DNA of 64,000 bases, from the NCBI GenBank assembly GCA_034520965.1, contig JAXHMY010000007.1:64001-128000 (forward strand). The letters are read 5' to 3'. Below, in pieces: positions 20,137 through 30,480 of the stretch. Positions within the stretch are counted from its first letter, which is position 1; every line of letters starts with the position of its first letter. Under the pieces are notes generated by a model. That model was not told the origin of the DNA. It made no database searches and saw nothing but the letters and a program-made list of their open reading frames with translations. A program made the position numbers and the translations under genes. This DNA comes from Spirochaetia bacterium (GTDB lineage Bacteria > Spirochaetota > Spirochaetia > DSM-16054 > Sediminispirochaetaceae).

Positions 20137-21635
20137 TGTCCAACTTCCTCCACGACAATCCGGTTTCCTCTAATGGCTACAACTGAAACCTTTGCATCGG
20201 CTTCGATCCAGCGTCCGTCCGTTACTACAGAATAGGTCTCGTCACCCACTGCAATTTTTCCAGCGGGCCGCAGGGTAGTGAGGACCGTACCTGTATCGCC
20301 GATCTGGAGGCCTGAGTACTGTGGGGCTTGGGGTGTGTGTGTATAAGATGTACCGCTCCCTTTTTCAGGGCTTGTTGTTTCTGGGTTTGGAGTGCTGCCG
20401 GGGCTGCTGAGGATCAACCTTTGAAAGAGGCGGATTCGTGGAAAAAACATCATTAGTATTCCCAATAGTACAAACGATGCAGCCAGGGTGCCGAATACTA
20501 ACAGCAGGTTCCTGGTGAATATTTCCATTTGCCATTGGGTGTCGGGGAGTATAAACTCCTGTCTGGAGAGGACCAGTCCGACAGTCATAAAAATTAATCC
20601 ACTAATGCCGGCTACGCCGAAGCCGGGGATGAGAAATACTTCAACTATCAACAAAATTACCCCGGCCAAAAAAAGCAGCAGCTCAATTGAACTGAGTGTT
20701 CCCATTAGACCGCTCGAAATAAACATCAGGGCAAAGGCGATAAGGGCTGCCGTTCCGGGAATCCCGAACCCGGGGCTTGATATTTCAAGGTACAGGGCTA
20801 AAAGGCCAATAGTTAACAGCAGACTGGTTACCGCCGCACTGGTGAGTAGGTGCACCACCTGGTCGGCAGAAGAGGGCTCAAAGCGCATGATATTGCTGAG
20901 TTCCAAGCGTTCCTGTAATGCATCTAAAGACTCGACGGTACCGCTGGATATTCCGTAGCGTTCCATTTCACCGGCGGTCAGGGTAAGCAGTTTCCCGGAA
21001 GAGCTCAAAGTTATTGCTGCCTCCTGCTCCTCCCCGTCGCCTTGTGAGTCGCCTTTGGAATTATTTGCAATAAACCGATAGCCTTGTTCTTCATCTTTTA
21101 TAGCCTGTAGTTCTATGTCCTGGTCGACCATGGCCAGGGCCACCTCTGGGGGGTAGCCGTTTTTCTCGGCAAGTGCGGCCATCTGGGTTCTCACCGCGCT
21201 GACGGTTTTTTCGCCGGCCGGCTGCATACCCTCTGATGTTTGGTACACGGGAGCCGCAGCGCCCACCGAAGTGCCGGGAGCCATGAAAATAGAGTTATTG
21301 GCAAAGCTTATGAGCGCACCGGCGGACCAGCTGACACCTACACTTTCCGGTTCCGCGGGGATATACGCTACTGTATGCAGTTCATTCAGTGAACCAATCA
21401 GGCTGGCAATCTGTAAGGCGGAGTCAACCCGACCTCCAAAGGTATTGATACTGAAAATAATGTGGGAAACTTCGGCCTCGCGAGCTTTGTCGATTGACCG
21501 TCGCAGGAATACTACCTGGAAGGGATCAATTTCTCCCTCTATCGGGATGAGTGCCGCATCATAATTTTCCTGCTGTGGCCATACAAGCGGGGTAATACAT
21601 AGTAAGGTCAGCAGCACTAGTAACGTACTTCTCAT
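20133..21635 (-). CDS. Long NfeD-family membrane-bound ClpP-class serine protease (YqeZ-like)
   Basis: INTFGGRVDSA, SAGALIS, MAPGTSVGAA, KLLTLT, TM block and C-terminal TLRPAG OB fold. Confidence 0.92.
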   Translation of the reverse strand: MRSTLLVLLTLLCITPLVWPQQENYDAALIPIEGEIDPFQVVFLRRSIDKAREAEVSHIIFSINTFGGRVDSALQIASLIGSLNELHTVAYIPAEPESVGVSWSAGALISFANNSIFMAPGTSVGAAAPVYQTSEGMQPAGEKTVSAVRTQMAALAEKNGYPPEVALAMVDQDIELQAIKDEEQGYRFIANNSKGDSQGDGEEQEAAITLSSSGKLLTLTAGEMERYGISSGTVESLDALQERLELSNIMRFEPSSADQVVHLLTSAAVTSLLLTIGLLALYLEISSPGFGIPGTAALIAFALMFISSGLMGTLSSIELLLFLAGVILLIVEVFLIPGFGVAGISGLIFMTVGLVLSRQEFILPDTQWQMEIFTRNLLLVFGTLAASFVLLGILMMFFPRIRLFQRLILSSPGSTPNPETTSPEKGSGTSYTHTPQAPQYSGLQIGDTGTVLTTLRPAGKIAVGDETYSVVTDGRWIEADAKVSVVAIRGNRIVVEEVGQ

Positions 21636-21734
21636 AGCAGTATGCCCTCTCTGTAGTAAAGGGTGTATCTATTTATCCTGAATGTCAAACAAAACTTTTA
21701 CACAGGAAGCGCTAAAGAGAGTTTGTTTATTTTA

Positions 21735-23207
21735 TTATTGTCTGCTCTTCTTTATTTCGCCGGCCACGATTTCGGAAGAGATAAGGGTCATCGGAACACC
21801 TACCCCGGGATGTGTGTAATGGCCTGTATAGTAGAGCCCCTTGACCTTTTTACTGTGATGAGGCGGGCGGAATACTGCGGTTTGGAAAAGGGTATGGGCC
21901 ATGCTAAGTGCGGTTCCCTGATAGGCGTGATAATCTGCCTTGAAATCACGGTGACTAAAGATACGCTGCACATTTTGCTGTACCCGAAGGTCTTCTCCGG
22001 TAATTCTGGTAATATGGTCCAGCACGTGCTCGGCATACTCTTCACGTTTTTCATCAGAGTCGTCCAGCCCGGGGGCGACCGGAACCAGCACAAATACGTT
22101 TTCGCTTCCCTTCGGGGCGGCCTGGGGATCGGTTTTTGATATAACACTCACGTAAAAACATGGATCAAGGGGCCATTCGGGGGAATCAAAAATTGTTTTG
22201 AAGTGTCTTGTCCAATCTTCCTCAAAATACAGTGTATGGTGTTTGAAATTGGAGAGTTTTCTGTCTAAGCCAATGTACATAAGAAACATCGAGGGCGAGA
22301 GGGTCCGACTGCGCCAATAACGGGAACCAAAGGAACGGCTCGATGCATCCAGGAGCTCCATTTCTGCGTAGGGATAGTCTCCGGTATACACCACGGTGTC
22401 GGCTGTGAGATATTCATCGCCTAGCATTACCCCTTCTATTTGTCTGTTTTTGCTGCGGATGGACGTTACATCCGCGTTAGTTCTAATATCTACCCCCTGC
22501 TCACGAGCGAGAGAGGCAAAGCCCTTGGCTACGGCACCCAGCCCGCCCATTGGATAATGTACCCCTAAATCTATATCTACATGGGACATAATAGAATACA
22601 GGGCCGGCGCTTTCTGGGGGCTGGTACCTAGGAAAACCATTGCATACTCTAATAACTGCTTTGACCGGCGATCCTTAAAATACCGGCTTACAAAGTGATC
22701 CATTTGGTCCAGCACATTCAGCTTTAGTCCCTCTCTCATCATCTTCCCGTTGAAAAACTGAAAGATACTGCTGTATTCACGGTATAAAAACTGCTCCATT
22801 GCAACTTTATATTTATAGCGTGCCAGTTCCATATAGGTGTCGAGTTGCTCCCCTCCGCCGGGTTCAAAGTAGTCAAACACCCGCTTTGTATTCTGATAGT
22901 TTGGAGTGATGTCGGCGAACTCGCCGGGGTTAAAAAATACCCTGTAGTAGGGATCAAGTTCAGATAAGTGATAATAATCGGAAACCCTACGGTCAAAATG
23001 GCCAAAAAAACGCTCAAATACCTCCGGCATGAGGTACCATGATGGGCCCATATCAAAGGTGAATCCGCCGTGATTCCACAGTCGTGCCCTGCCGCCTATA
23101 GTTTCATTCTTTTCTAGTACGGTAACCTGCATTCCCTGCTTTGCAAGCAGCGCTGCAGTAGATAGTCCGGCAAAGCCGGCTCCAACAACTATAGCTGTCT
23201 TGGGCAT
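21735..23207 (-). CDS. crtI: Phytoene desaturase family carotenoid desaturase
   Basis: VVGAGFAGL, FTFDMGPSWYLMP, YPMGG, AHTLFQTAVFRP and THPGVGVPM motifs; start at MPKTAIVV after AGGAG. Confidence 0.9.
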   Translation of the reverse strand: MPKTAIVVGAGFAGLSTAALLAKQGMQVTVLEKNETIGGRARLWNHGGFTFDMGPSWYLMPEVFERFFGHFDRRVSDYYHLSELDPYYRVFFNPGEFADITPNYQNTKRVFDYFEPGGGEQLDTYMELARYKYKVAMEQFLYREYSSIFQFFNGKMMREGLKLNVLDQMDHFVSRYFKDRRSKQLLEYAMVFLGTSPQKAPALYSIMSHVDIDLGVHYPMGGLGAVAKGFASLAREQGVDIRTNADVTSIRSKNRQIEGVMLGDEYLTADTVVYTGDYPYAEMELLDASSRSFGSRYWRSRTLSPSMFLMYIGLDRKLSNFKHHTLYFEEDWTRHFKTIFDSPEWPLDPCFYVSVISKTDPQAAPKGSENVFVLVPVAPGLDDSDEKREEYAEHVLDHITRITGEDLRVQQNVQRIFSHRDFKADYHAYQGTALSMAHTLFQTAVFRPPHHSKKVKGLYYTGHYTHPGVGVPMTLISSEIVAGEIKKSRQ

Positions 23208-23286
23208 CTCTTCACTCCTGTAATGATTGTGATAGACTCTCTGAGGCATATTATCTTACATAGGATGGGCAAATGCAAATGGTATT

Positions 23287-23315
23287 AAAAGGGCCATGGC
23301 TTTCACGGCCCTTTT
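23287..23315. terminator. Intrinsic terminator (bidirectional shape)
   Basis: AAAAGGGCCATG-loop-CACGGCCCTTTT downstream of the 23333-23779 gene. Confidence 0.7.
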
Positions 23316-23332
23316 GAAAGGTTTACGTAAGT

Positions 23333-23779
23333 TTAGAAGTAGTAGCGTGCACCTAAGCCGCCGTTAAGCGCGCCGTCCGTTTCTGGGGCCAGTAAGACCA
23401 TCGGTACAATTTCAAAAAAGAGTTCTACCGGTGCATCCGGGATGGTAAAACTCAGTCCAAAGGGAATCCTTAACCCGATTTCCGGGTTATCCTTCAGTTC
23501 AATCATTCCTCCGATACCTGTGTATCCGGCCAGCGTCGGAATATCCGAGCCGAATATGCCGGGAAAGTGGTGCAGATAATCGGAATGCACGTAGAGTTTG
23601 TCGCTGATAAAAGACCAGGACACGGTGGCGTCTACTGCAATATTATTTGAAAGATACAGTTTTCCGGTAATACCCGAGGGTTCCCCCACCATGGCTCCAA
23701 GTCCAAAATTACCTTCGGCAGTTGCCATACCCCCTATAAAGAAAAAAATCAGTGCAACTGTGGTTACATATTTTCGCAT
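23333..23779 (-). CDS. Small outer-membrane beta-barrel protein (DUF3996-like)
   Basis: Signal peptide, GLGAMVGEPSGITGK, IGLRIPFGL, ELFFEIVP and terminal ARYYF. Confidence 0.75.
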   Translation of the reverse strand: MRKYVTTVALIFFFIGGMATAEGNFGLGAMVGEPSGITGKLYLSNNIAVDATVSWSFISDKLYVHSDYLHHFPGIFGSDIPTLAGYTGIGGMIELKDNPEIGLRIPFGLSFTIPDAPVELFFEIVPMVLLAPETDGALNGGLGARYYF

Positions 23780-24014
23780 TGTTCAGCTCTCCTTTATTTT
23801 TCTATTTCTATGATAAGTATAAAGTACTTCGTTCGTCCAGTTTATTTGGTTTGAATATGTTACGGTAAAGGCTTAAAATGGATACTAATGGAAAGTAGTG
23901 TCATTCTCTTAAAAAAAAGTATGGGCTTGCACATGTCCCTTCCTGCCATAAGGCCGGGAAGTGGGCTCATCGGGTCGGCGTGTTCTGCAGAGAAACTAAC
24001 TATCTATTTTATCG

Positions 24015-25430
24015 GTGGTGGGAATGAGTATGGAAATGAGCGTTCACAGTGCTTATCTGAATAGCCTTTTTGAAAACAGCCCGGAAGCGATAGTGTTATT
24101 GGATGAGCACAATCGAGTGATTCAGGCTAACCCGGAATTTTATCGTTTGTTTGGTTATACTCAATCGGAGGTTGAGGGACGGCACATAGATATACTGGTG
24201 GCCGGAGAGGAAGAATATGCGGAGGCTGTCCATTTTTCTGAAGAAGCTGAAGCCGGGCGGCATCTGAATGCAGAGTCTATTCGTCATCGCAAGGATGGTC
24301 AGCCGGTGGAGGTTTCAATTTTAGGGGCACCCATCGAGATTGAGGGTAAGGTTGTTGGTATATTTGGTATCTATCGTGATATCTCCCATCGCAAGCGGGT
24401 AGAACGAAAGCTTGAACTGAGTGAACAGAAGCACCGTGAGCTGTTTGAAAATGCTCCGATAGGCATTTTTCAGTCCACCTCGGAGGGCCGCTTTATCACG
24501 GTAAATGACAGTATGGCAAGAATACTCGGTTTTGATGATACATCGTCCGTTATTGCTTATTACAAGGATTTGGCATCTACATTGTATTATCGACCTGAAA
24601 GAAGAGCTCAATTTCTCGATATCTTACTTGAGGATGGAGAAGTTAAGAACTTTGAGCTTGAAGCTTGCCGTAGTGACGGTGCTGTTATATGGGTAAGCTT
24701 AAACGCCCGGATCTCCTATTGGTACAGCAGCGACAGTTTTGTAATCGATGGTTTTATAAGTGATGTGACCGATCTGAAGCAGACAGAGCATAAACTCCAA
24801 ACCTCCCTGAGCGAGAAAAATGTGCTGCTGCAGGAAGTACACCATCGGGTTAAAAATAATATGCAGATTATCTCCAGTATGCTGAACCTAGAGGCTATGA
24901 ATCTTGAAGATAACCAGAATAAAGAACTGCTGTATGTGATGCAGAACCGAATTCAGGCGATGGCCTTGGTTCACGAGAAATTGTACGCTTCAGACCAAAT
25001 TGAAGTGGTAGATTTAGGGGAGTATACCCGTGAGCTGTGTACGCAGGTACTGGATGTGATCTCTAAAGAGTTAGCGCCTATAGTAGAGTTTAGGCTCGAA
25101 AACATACCATCGGGTATAGACTTCTCGGTGCCCTACGGGCTAATTGTGAACGAACTGGTGATGAATACATATAAGCACGCATTTGACGGTATCGCCTTTC
25201 CGAAGATTGTCGTCGAACTGCGGCGTAAGGCGGGACAATTACTGTTGAAAATTAGGGATAATGGAGTCGGTCTGCCTGATAACTTTGATATTGCTAAGAC
25301 TCCTACCCTGGGAATGAACCTGATTCACTCTCTTATTGTTCAGTTAGGCGGACAGTTTTCGGTTTTTAACCAGGACGGGACCGTCTGGGAGATACTGTTT
25401 CCACCAGGAGAGTGGGAGTTTGGATTATAG
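24015..25430 (+). CDS. PAS-PAS sensor histidine kinase (HisKA_2 type)
   Basis: Two PAS domains; EVHHRVKNNMQ; NELVMN; DNGVG; LGMNL. Confidence 0.93.
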   Translation: MVGMSMEMSVHSAYLNSLFENSPEAIVLLDEHNRVIQANPEFYRLFGYTQSEVEGRHIDILVAGEEEYAEAVHFSEEAEAGRHLNAESIRHRKDGQPVEVSILGAPIEIEGKVVGIFGIYRDISHRKRVERKLELSEQKHRELFENAPIGIFQSTSEGRFITVNDSMARILGFDDTSSVIAYYKDLASTLYYRPERRAQFLDILLEDGEVKNFELEACRSDGAVIWVSLNARISYWYSSDSFVIDGFISDVTDLKQTEHKLQTSLSEKNVLLQEVHHRVKNNMQIISSMLNLEAMNLEDNQNKELLYVMQNRIQAMALVHEKLYASDQIEVVDLGEYTRELCTQVLDVISKELAPIVEFRLENIPSGIDFSVPYGLIVNELVMNTYKHAFDGIAFPKIVVELRRKAGQLLLKIRDNGVGLPDNFDIAKTPTLGMNLIHSLIVQLGGQFSVFNQDGTVWEILFPPGEWEFGL

Positions 25431-26135
25431 CGCGGAAGCAATAGTCGATTCCAGCTGCTTTCCTACTTGCCGCCGCTCTTCAGAGGAGAGCCCGGCTGTG
25501 GATACCGGCTCATGGATGAATACTTCAACCTTACCCGGGGTAATACGGTCGTGTTCTTCCCGCAGGGTGTAGGTATCTTTGATGGTGACGGGGACAATCG
25601 TGCTTTCGGAGCGGAAGGCGATTTTTAAGCTGCCGGTGTGGAAGCTTCCCATTTTGGAAGATCGGCTGCGGGTTCCTTCCGGAAAAATTACCATTGAATG
25701 CCCTTTTTTCAGACTTTCCACTCCCTGTTCAAGCTGTTTGACCGCTTTACGTGGGCTTTTACGATCGATAAACACACAATGCATTGCGCGCATCCAAGTG
25801 CTGACAATCGGGAATAGGGTAAGTTCTTTTTTAGCTATGAAGCCTATATTGCGGGGAATGACCGCCATAATGAGGGGGATATCATAGGCACTTTGATGGT
25901 TTGCCACAAAGCATAGGTTTCCCGTTTCCGGCAGTTTATCGATGCCGTGAACTATCACCTCCGCCGGAGTGATTCGAAGGATAAAACGGGCCCAACTGGT
26001 GGTAGCCCACAGGATAAACGAGTTTTCCAACTTTTTCAGCCGGAAAAGCTTCAATACATACAGCGGCAGAACCATTATCAGGCTCACCACCATGAAAAGC
26101 CAAAATTTTACGTAGAAGAAAAATGAATGCAGCAT
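25425..26135 (-). CDS. plsC: 1-acyl-sn-glycerol-3-phosphate acyltransferase
   Basis: NHQSAYD, FIDRK and IFPEGTRS motifs. Confidence 0.9.
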   Translation of the reverse strand: MLHSFFFYVKFWLFMVVSLIMVLPLYVLKLFRLKKLENSFILWATTSWARFILRITPAEVIVHGIDKLPETGNLCFVANHQSAYDIPLIMAVIPRNIGFIAKKELTLFPIVSTWMRAMHCVFIDRKSPRKAVKQLEQGVESLKKGHSMVIFPEGTRSRSSKMGSFHTGSLKIAFRSESTIVPVTIKDTYTLREEHDRITPGKVEVFIHEPVSTAGLSSEERRQVGKQLESTIASAL

Positions 26136-26283
26136 GTGAGCATACTATACCGACTGTGAAAAAAAGGCAAATACCTTTATGCAAGTTTCAGGGTTGAGTT
26201 TCAGCTGGTTTAGCTCCGACAATTTACAAAGCTCACTTGCTATGTTGTTGTTTCGATACTATGATGTAATGAGGAGTTATCCA

Positions 26284-27852
26284 ATGAGAAATGAGCAGAT
26301 ATACCAAGAGCTCGTGCGGGCTGGGGCTTTGGTTGCGAATGAACATCGCAAAACTAATCAACTTTCAATCCTAGTCGATCAGACATTCGATATTTCTCAT
26401 TCTGATCTTTCCTGTCTTTATTTATACGAGGAGCGGGAGGGGCAGCGGCGGCTTACTTTAGAGGTGAAGCGGGGAGATTATGAGGTTCCAAGCCGGCTCT
26501 CTGCTGATGATGAGTTGTGGGAGTTTCTCGAGGAGTGTGAGGAGACCCTGATTCTATCCACCCGTAATGCTGCTTTCTTTCACACTGCGTTTTTGAACCC
26601 TTCCATGAACAGTGTCGTTGTTCTGCCTCTTTTTACCGCCACCACCCAGCTTGGATATCTCATTTTGAATGCCCTTGAGGAGGCTTTTTTCGGCAGCGAG
26701 GAGTTTTACTTTTTAGACTCTTTTGTTCGACTCTCCAGTGGAATGGTGCAGAGTGCGCAGCTGTACAGAGACCTCGAGCAGCAGTTTAAGGAGGTGGAGC
26801 AGCTGGAGCGCTATCAGGAGAATATTTTTGCTTCAATGACCGACCTGCTTATTACTACCGATTCAAAGGGGCAGATTCATTACTTTAACCCTGCGGCATT
26901 GGAACGCCTGGGCTTAAGGGAGGAGCTAGTGGGAAAGCCCTTCGAGAAGGTTTTTAATGCATCCCTGGGGAAAAAGGTACTAAAGGCAATTACAGAAGCG
27001 GATGCCCAGGGCGAGCCAAGGCTTGGCATTGAAGGAATAATGAAGAGAAAAGAAGATGAGGATATGGATTTTCGATTGAATATTTCTCCTCTCCGCGGGA
27101 AGCGTGGTAAAAAGGAGGGGCTTACCCTGCTTTTTACCGACCAAACCCACGAGCGGCAGCTGCAGAGTAAAATGGAGTCTGTTGTTGAGGAGCGACGGAT
27201 AGTGAAGGACATGTTTGCCCGTTACCTTTCCAGCGACATAGTCCAGACACTGGTAGACCGGCCCGATTTGGTAAAACCGGGGGGTGACAAAAAAATGGCT
27301 ACGATTCTATTTGCCGATATTCGCGGGTATACCTCGTTTTCAGAAACCAAAGAACCTGAATATATTATTGGTGTACTCAACGCCTATTTTAGCGAGGCGG
27401 TTGAGATAATAATTAAGTACAAGGGATATATAGACAAGTTTATCGGAGATTCGATAATGGCTGCATGGGGAGTTCCGATATTCTCAGAGGAAGATGATGC
27501 CCGGGCGGCTGTAGGATGTGCTGTCGAGCTGCAGAAGTTGGTCGAATCGAAGGATCGGAATTTTTTCACCGGGGATGCTTCAAAGTTAAGGGTGGGAATC
27601 GGAATGCATACCGGCCAGTTAATTGCAGGAAATTTAGGCAGCAGCCGCAGAATGGATTATTCGGTTATCGGTGACACAGTGAATGTTGCCGCCCGGCTTG
27701 AAGGGGTTGCCGGGCCGGGGCAGGTTATCATTACGCAGAAGACGAGAGATTTAATTGGAGATAAGTTCAAGGTGAAGGCCCTGGAGCCGGTACAGGTAAA
27801 GGGAAAAATCAAACCTATCAATATTTATAACGTATTAGAAAAGATTGAGTAG
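26284..27852 (+). CDS. GAF-PAS class III adenylate/guanylate cyclase
   Basis: LFADIRGYT, IDKFIGDSIMA, GIGMHTG and DYSVIGDTVNVAARLE motifs; start MRNEQ after GAGGAG. Confidence 0.93.
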   Translation: MRNEQIYQELVRAGALVANEHRKTNQLSILVDQTFDISHSDLSCLYLYEEREGQRRLTLEVKRGDYEVPSRLSADDELWEFLEECEETLILSTRNAAFFHTAFLNPSMNSVVVLPLFTATTQLGYLILNALEEAFFGSEEFYFLDSFVRLSSGMVQSAQLYRDLEQQFKEVEQLERYQENIFASMTDLLITTDSKGQIHYFNPAALERLGLREELVGKPFEKVFNASLGKKVLKAITEADAQGEPRLGIEGIMKRKEDEDMDFRLNISPLRGKRGKKEGLTLLFTDQTHERQLQSKMESVVEERRIVKDMFARYLSSDIVQTLVDRPDLVKPGGDKKMATILFADIRGYTSFSETKEPEYIIGVLNAYFSEAVEIIIKYKGYIDKFIGDSIMAAWGVPIFSEEDDARAAVGCAVELQKLVESKDRNFFTGDASKLRVGIGMHTGQLIAGNLGSSRRMDYSVIGDTVNVAARLEGVAGPGQVIITQKTRDLIGDKFKVKALEPVQVKGKIKPINIYNVLEKIE

Positions 27853-27870
27853 ACTGGAGTGGAGGTTAAG

Positions 27871-30468
27871 ATGACAGTAATACTAGAACAAATAAATAAA
27901 TTGCCGGATTACGCGGTGGGAGTCGCCTTGGTTGTAGCGGCAGTTTTGATAGGTTTTGTTATTTGGAAGGGGGTGAGCCGGTCACTGGCTATGCGACGGC
28001 TGCGACAGGTGGCGGAGGCTCCGGAGAAAGTCGAAGACCTGTTTACCCGGTATTATGGAGCCTCGGATTTAGTAAAAATGGCCCCCACCTTAGAACATGC
28101 TGCTACACGCCATCCGGGTGTAGATCTTATCAGACTAACCGGAGCCGACGAGGTATGGATTAAGCGGCTTGCCGAGCGACCGAACAAACGTTGGGCAGAG
28201 AGGGTTCTGGAATTTGCGCAGGAGAAAGGCTTATTCACGGTTTTTTTGTCTGCCCTAAGGCGGCCCAAATGTGCAGAAATATTTAAAAAATGGCTCAGCG
28301 GTCATGATGATTTGTTAGCCCTGCGTAAGGTTGCTCTATCGGGGAAAGGGGAGGATTTCGACGGGAAACAGGCCTGCGAAATGCTGAAGGATCGCCTCGA
28401 TCAGATTCGTGAAATGATGGGTGATCCCTTGTGGCCTTCCCGTTATATGGCTTTAAAGGTTTTGTTGTACGACGATGATGAGCGTTCTCGGCGGGCTTTA
28501 TGGGAGGCTTTTCATGATCCACACAGCCTGGTTCGGCGTTCAGTGGTAGAAGAGGTGAAGCCTGAAGATGAAGAGGGGAAGGAACAACTCTACACTCAGC
28601 TGCTGCGGTTGCTGACCGATGACTTTATATTTGAAGTTCGGGTAGCGGCTAAGCAGCGACTCACCAATGAATTCCCTGATCGAAAGCATATTCAGTTTGA
28701 AAAACTGACCAAGGTGCAGCAACTGCATGTGGTAGAACAACTCGATCCCACTTCTAATGAAGATCGTGATTTTGCCGTCTCGGTGCTGGAGGAAAAGGAT
28801 GATGAGTTATCATTGAGCGCAGCTAGGTTTCTCAATGATGCCGGAGTGTTGAAGCAGCTGTTCCTGAATGTCGATTTTTCAGATCGAACGGCCTTAGAAC
28901 GAAGCAGAGCTCTTCTGGAACGTGCTGCGGCGGTGAACCAAATAGAGTTTTTAGATGCGCTTCCCTCCGCGGAGTCACCAGCCAGCTGGTTGATTGCTGC
29001 CGGCTTGCTGTCAAAACAGGGTCCTGAAAAAATGGCGCAGACATTGGTAGAAAAGGCGGGAGGCCTGGATATTAGTACCGCCCCTGAGCAGCGCGAAGTG
29101 TTTGAAGCCGCCTTTGCCTGTGGCTGCCTTCGCGAAGGTGAGGGACCCGCTACGTATATAGCCGAGTTTTTACTTAAAAACCGCTATGATGCCTATAAAG
29201 CCTCTTTCATATTAACCCAGCTTAATGGAAGGCATGCGGGGGTGTATGTACCGATTTTATTGCAGCTGCTGAAGGATCCTAAATTTAAACAACTCGAAGA
29301 ACTTTATGCGGCCCTTATCCGGTTTGACAGTTCCTTCTATTTGGATGAGCTCTTAGATATTATCGCTGCAGATCGGGATGAATATGAACACCAGGTGAGG
29401 ATTGCCGCTTTCCAGGTAGTAGGGCGTTTGAAACTGCCCTACTGTCTGCAGACGATACTTGAACACCTGCCGATACTTCCTTTAGGACAGGCTCGGGAGT
29501 TTGCCCGCCATCTTGCAGATTACAGTGGCAACGAGTTTGTTATGCGTGCACAGGGCATTCTATCTGGAGAGGACGGTAAAGTAAGGGCGGCGCTAATCGC
29601 GGCATTACCGGAGACCGAGAATAAGGATTTTGTAAATCCGATAAGGGAGGCCCTTGGCGATGCAGATCCTTATGTACGGAGTGCTGCCACTTGGGCATTA
29701 TTGGAATACGGTGACAGTCGGTCAATTAAGCAGGTGCGAGAGCTGCTGCGTGACCCGGTGGAATCGGTCCGCATCGCGGTAGCCCGCGCACTAGGAGAAT
29801 ATGGCAACGAGACCACACTCACCTATTTTGAAGAATTGTGTAATGATGAAAACGAGGTAGAGGCGGTCAAGCTGGCGGCAATTAAGGGGCTGGCCTTTTC
29901 GAAGCAGGAGAAGGCGGTTGATATACTGGTTGGATATCTTAAAGCAGGTGTAAGTCCCCGGCTTGAAGAAGAGGTGTATTCCTCTTTGTCGCGTAAACTG
30001 TCGCAAAAAGAGTTGATGGCTTTAGTGTCGCACCTGAAAGATGCGGAACACGACATGCGGGAAAAGCTGGCACATGTGTTTACCCGGATGGGCTATGAAT
30101 CGGAAGCGATGTTGGTAGAGCTGCTGCGGGAGGATATAACCTCGCTGCGGCCATACATTACCAGCGTGCTGGAAGAGACCGGCTTTATTGACCACACAAT
30201 TCGAAAGTTGTCCCATCGTGACCCGCAGATTCGGCGGGATGCGGCGGAGCTGCTGTCATTAATCGGCACTGTGGCCGCTTTTAGAGGAATTGTACTGGCC
30301 GCGAGGGACCCGGACGAACAGGTGCGCGTGCTTGTTACAAAAGCTCTGGAACGACTCAACACAGAAGGTGGTAATGAAATACTGCAACAGCTTCGGGAAG
30401 ACCCAGAACCGAAAATCCGTAAATACACTTTATGGGCACTGGAGCGAATAAAGGTGAAGAACGACTAA
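27871..30468 (+). CDS. Membrane-anchored HEAT-repeat protein
   Basis: N-terminal TM; repeated D-P-x-VR-xx-A-xx-L units (DADPYVRSAATWAL, DPVESVRIAVARAL, DPQIRRDAAELL). Confidence 0.85.
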   Translation: MTVILEQINKLPDYAVGVALVVAAVLIGFVIWKGVSRSLAMRRLRQVAEAPEKVEDLFTRYYGASDLVKMAPTLEHAATRHPGVDLIRLTGADEVWIKRLAERPNKRWAERVLEFAQEKGLFTVFLSALRRPKCAEIFKKWLSGHDDLLALRKVALSGKGEDFDGKQACEMLKDRLDQIREMMGDPLWPSRYMALKVLLYDDDERSRRALWEAFHDPHSLVRRSVVEEVKPEDEEGKEQLYTQLLRLLTDDFIFEVRVAAKQRLTNEFPDRKHIQFEKLTKVQQLHVVEQLDPTSNEDRDFAVSVLEEKDDELSLSAARFLNDAGVLKQLFLNVDFSDRTALERSRALLERAAAVNQIEFLDALPSAESPASWLIAAGLLSKQGPEKMAQTLVEKAGGLDISTAPEQREVFEAAFACGCLREGEGPATYIAEFLLKNRYDAYKASFILTQLNGRHAGVYVPILLQLLKDPKFKQLEELYAALIRFDSSFYLDELLDIIAADRDEYEHQVRIAAFQVVGRLKLPYCLQTILEHLPILPLGQAREFARHLADYSGNEFVMRAQGILSGEDGKVRAALIAALPETENKDFVNPIREALGDADPYVRSAATWALLEYGDSRSIKQVRELLRDPVESVRIAVARALGEYGNETTLTYFEELCNDENEVEAVKLAAIKGLAFSKQEKAVDILVGYLKAGVSPRLEEEVYSSLSRKLSQKELMALVSHLKDAEHDMREKLAHVFTRMGYESEAMLVELLREDITSLRPYITSVLEETGFIDHTIRKLSHRDPQIRRDAAELLSLIGTVAAFRGIVLAARDPDEQVRVLVTKALERLNTEGGNEILQQLREDPEPKIRKYTLWALERIKVKND

Positions 30469-30480
30469 GGCCGCCGCTGG

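Noticed and set aside
23920..24000. GC-rich hairpin upstream of the PAS kinase as a riboswitch
   Set aside because: One imperfect stem only; no recognisable aptamer motif.
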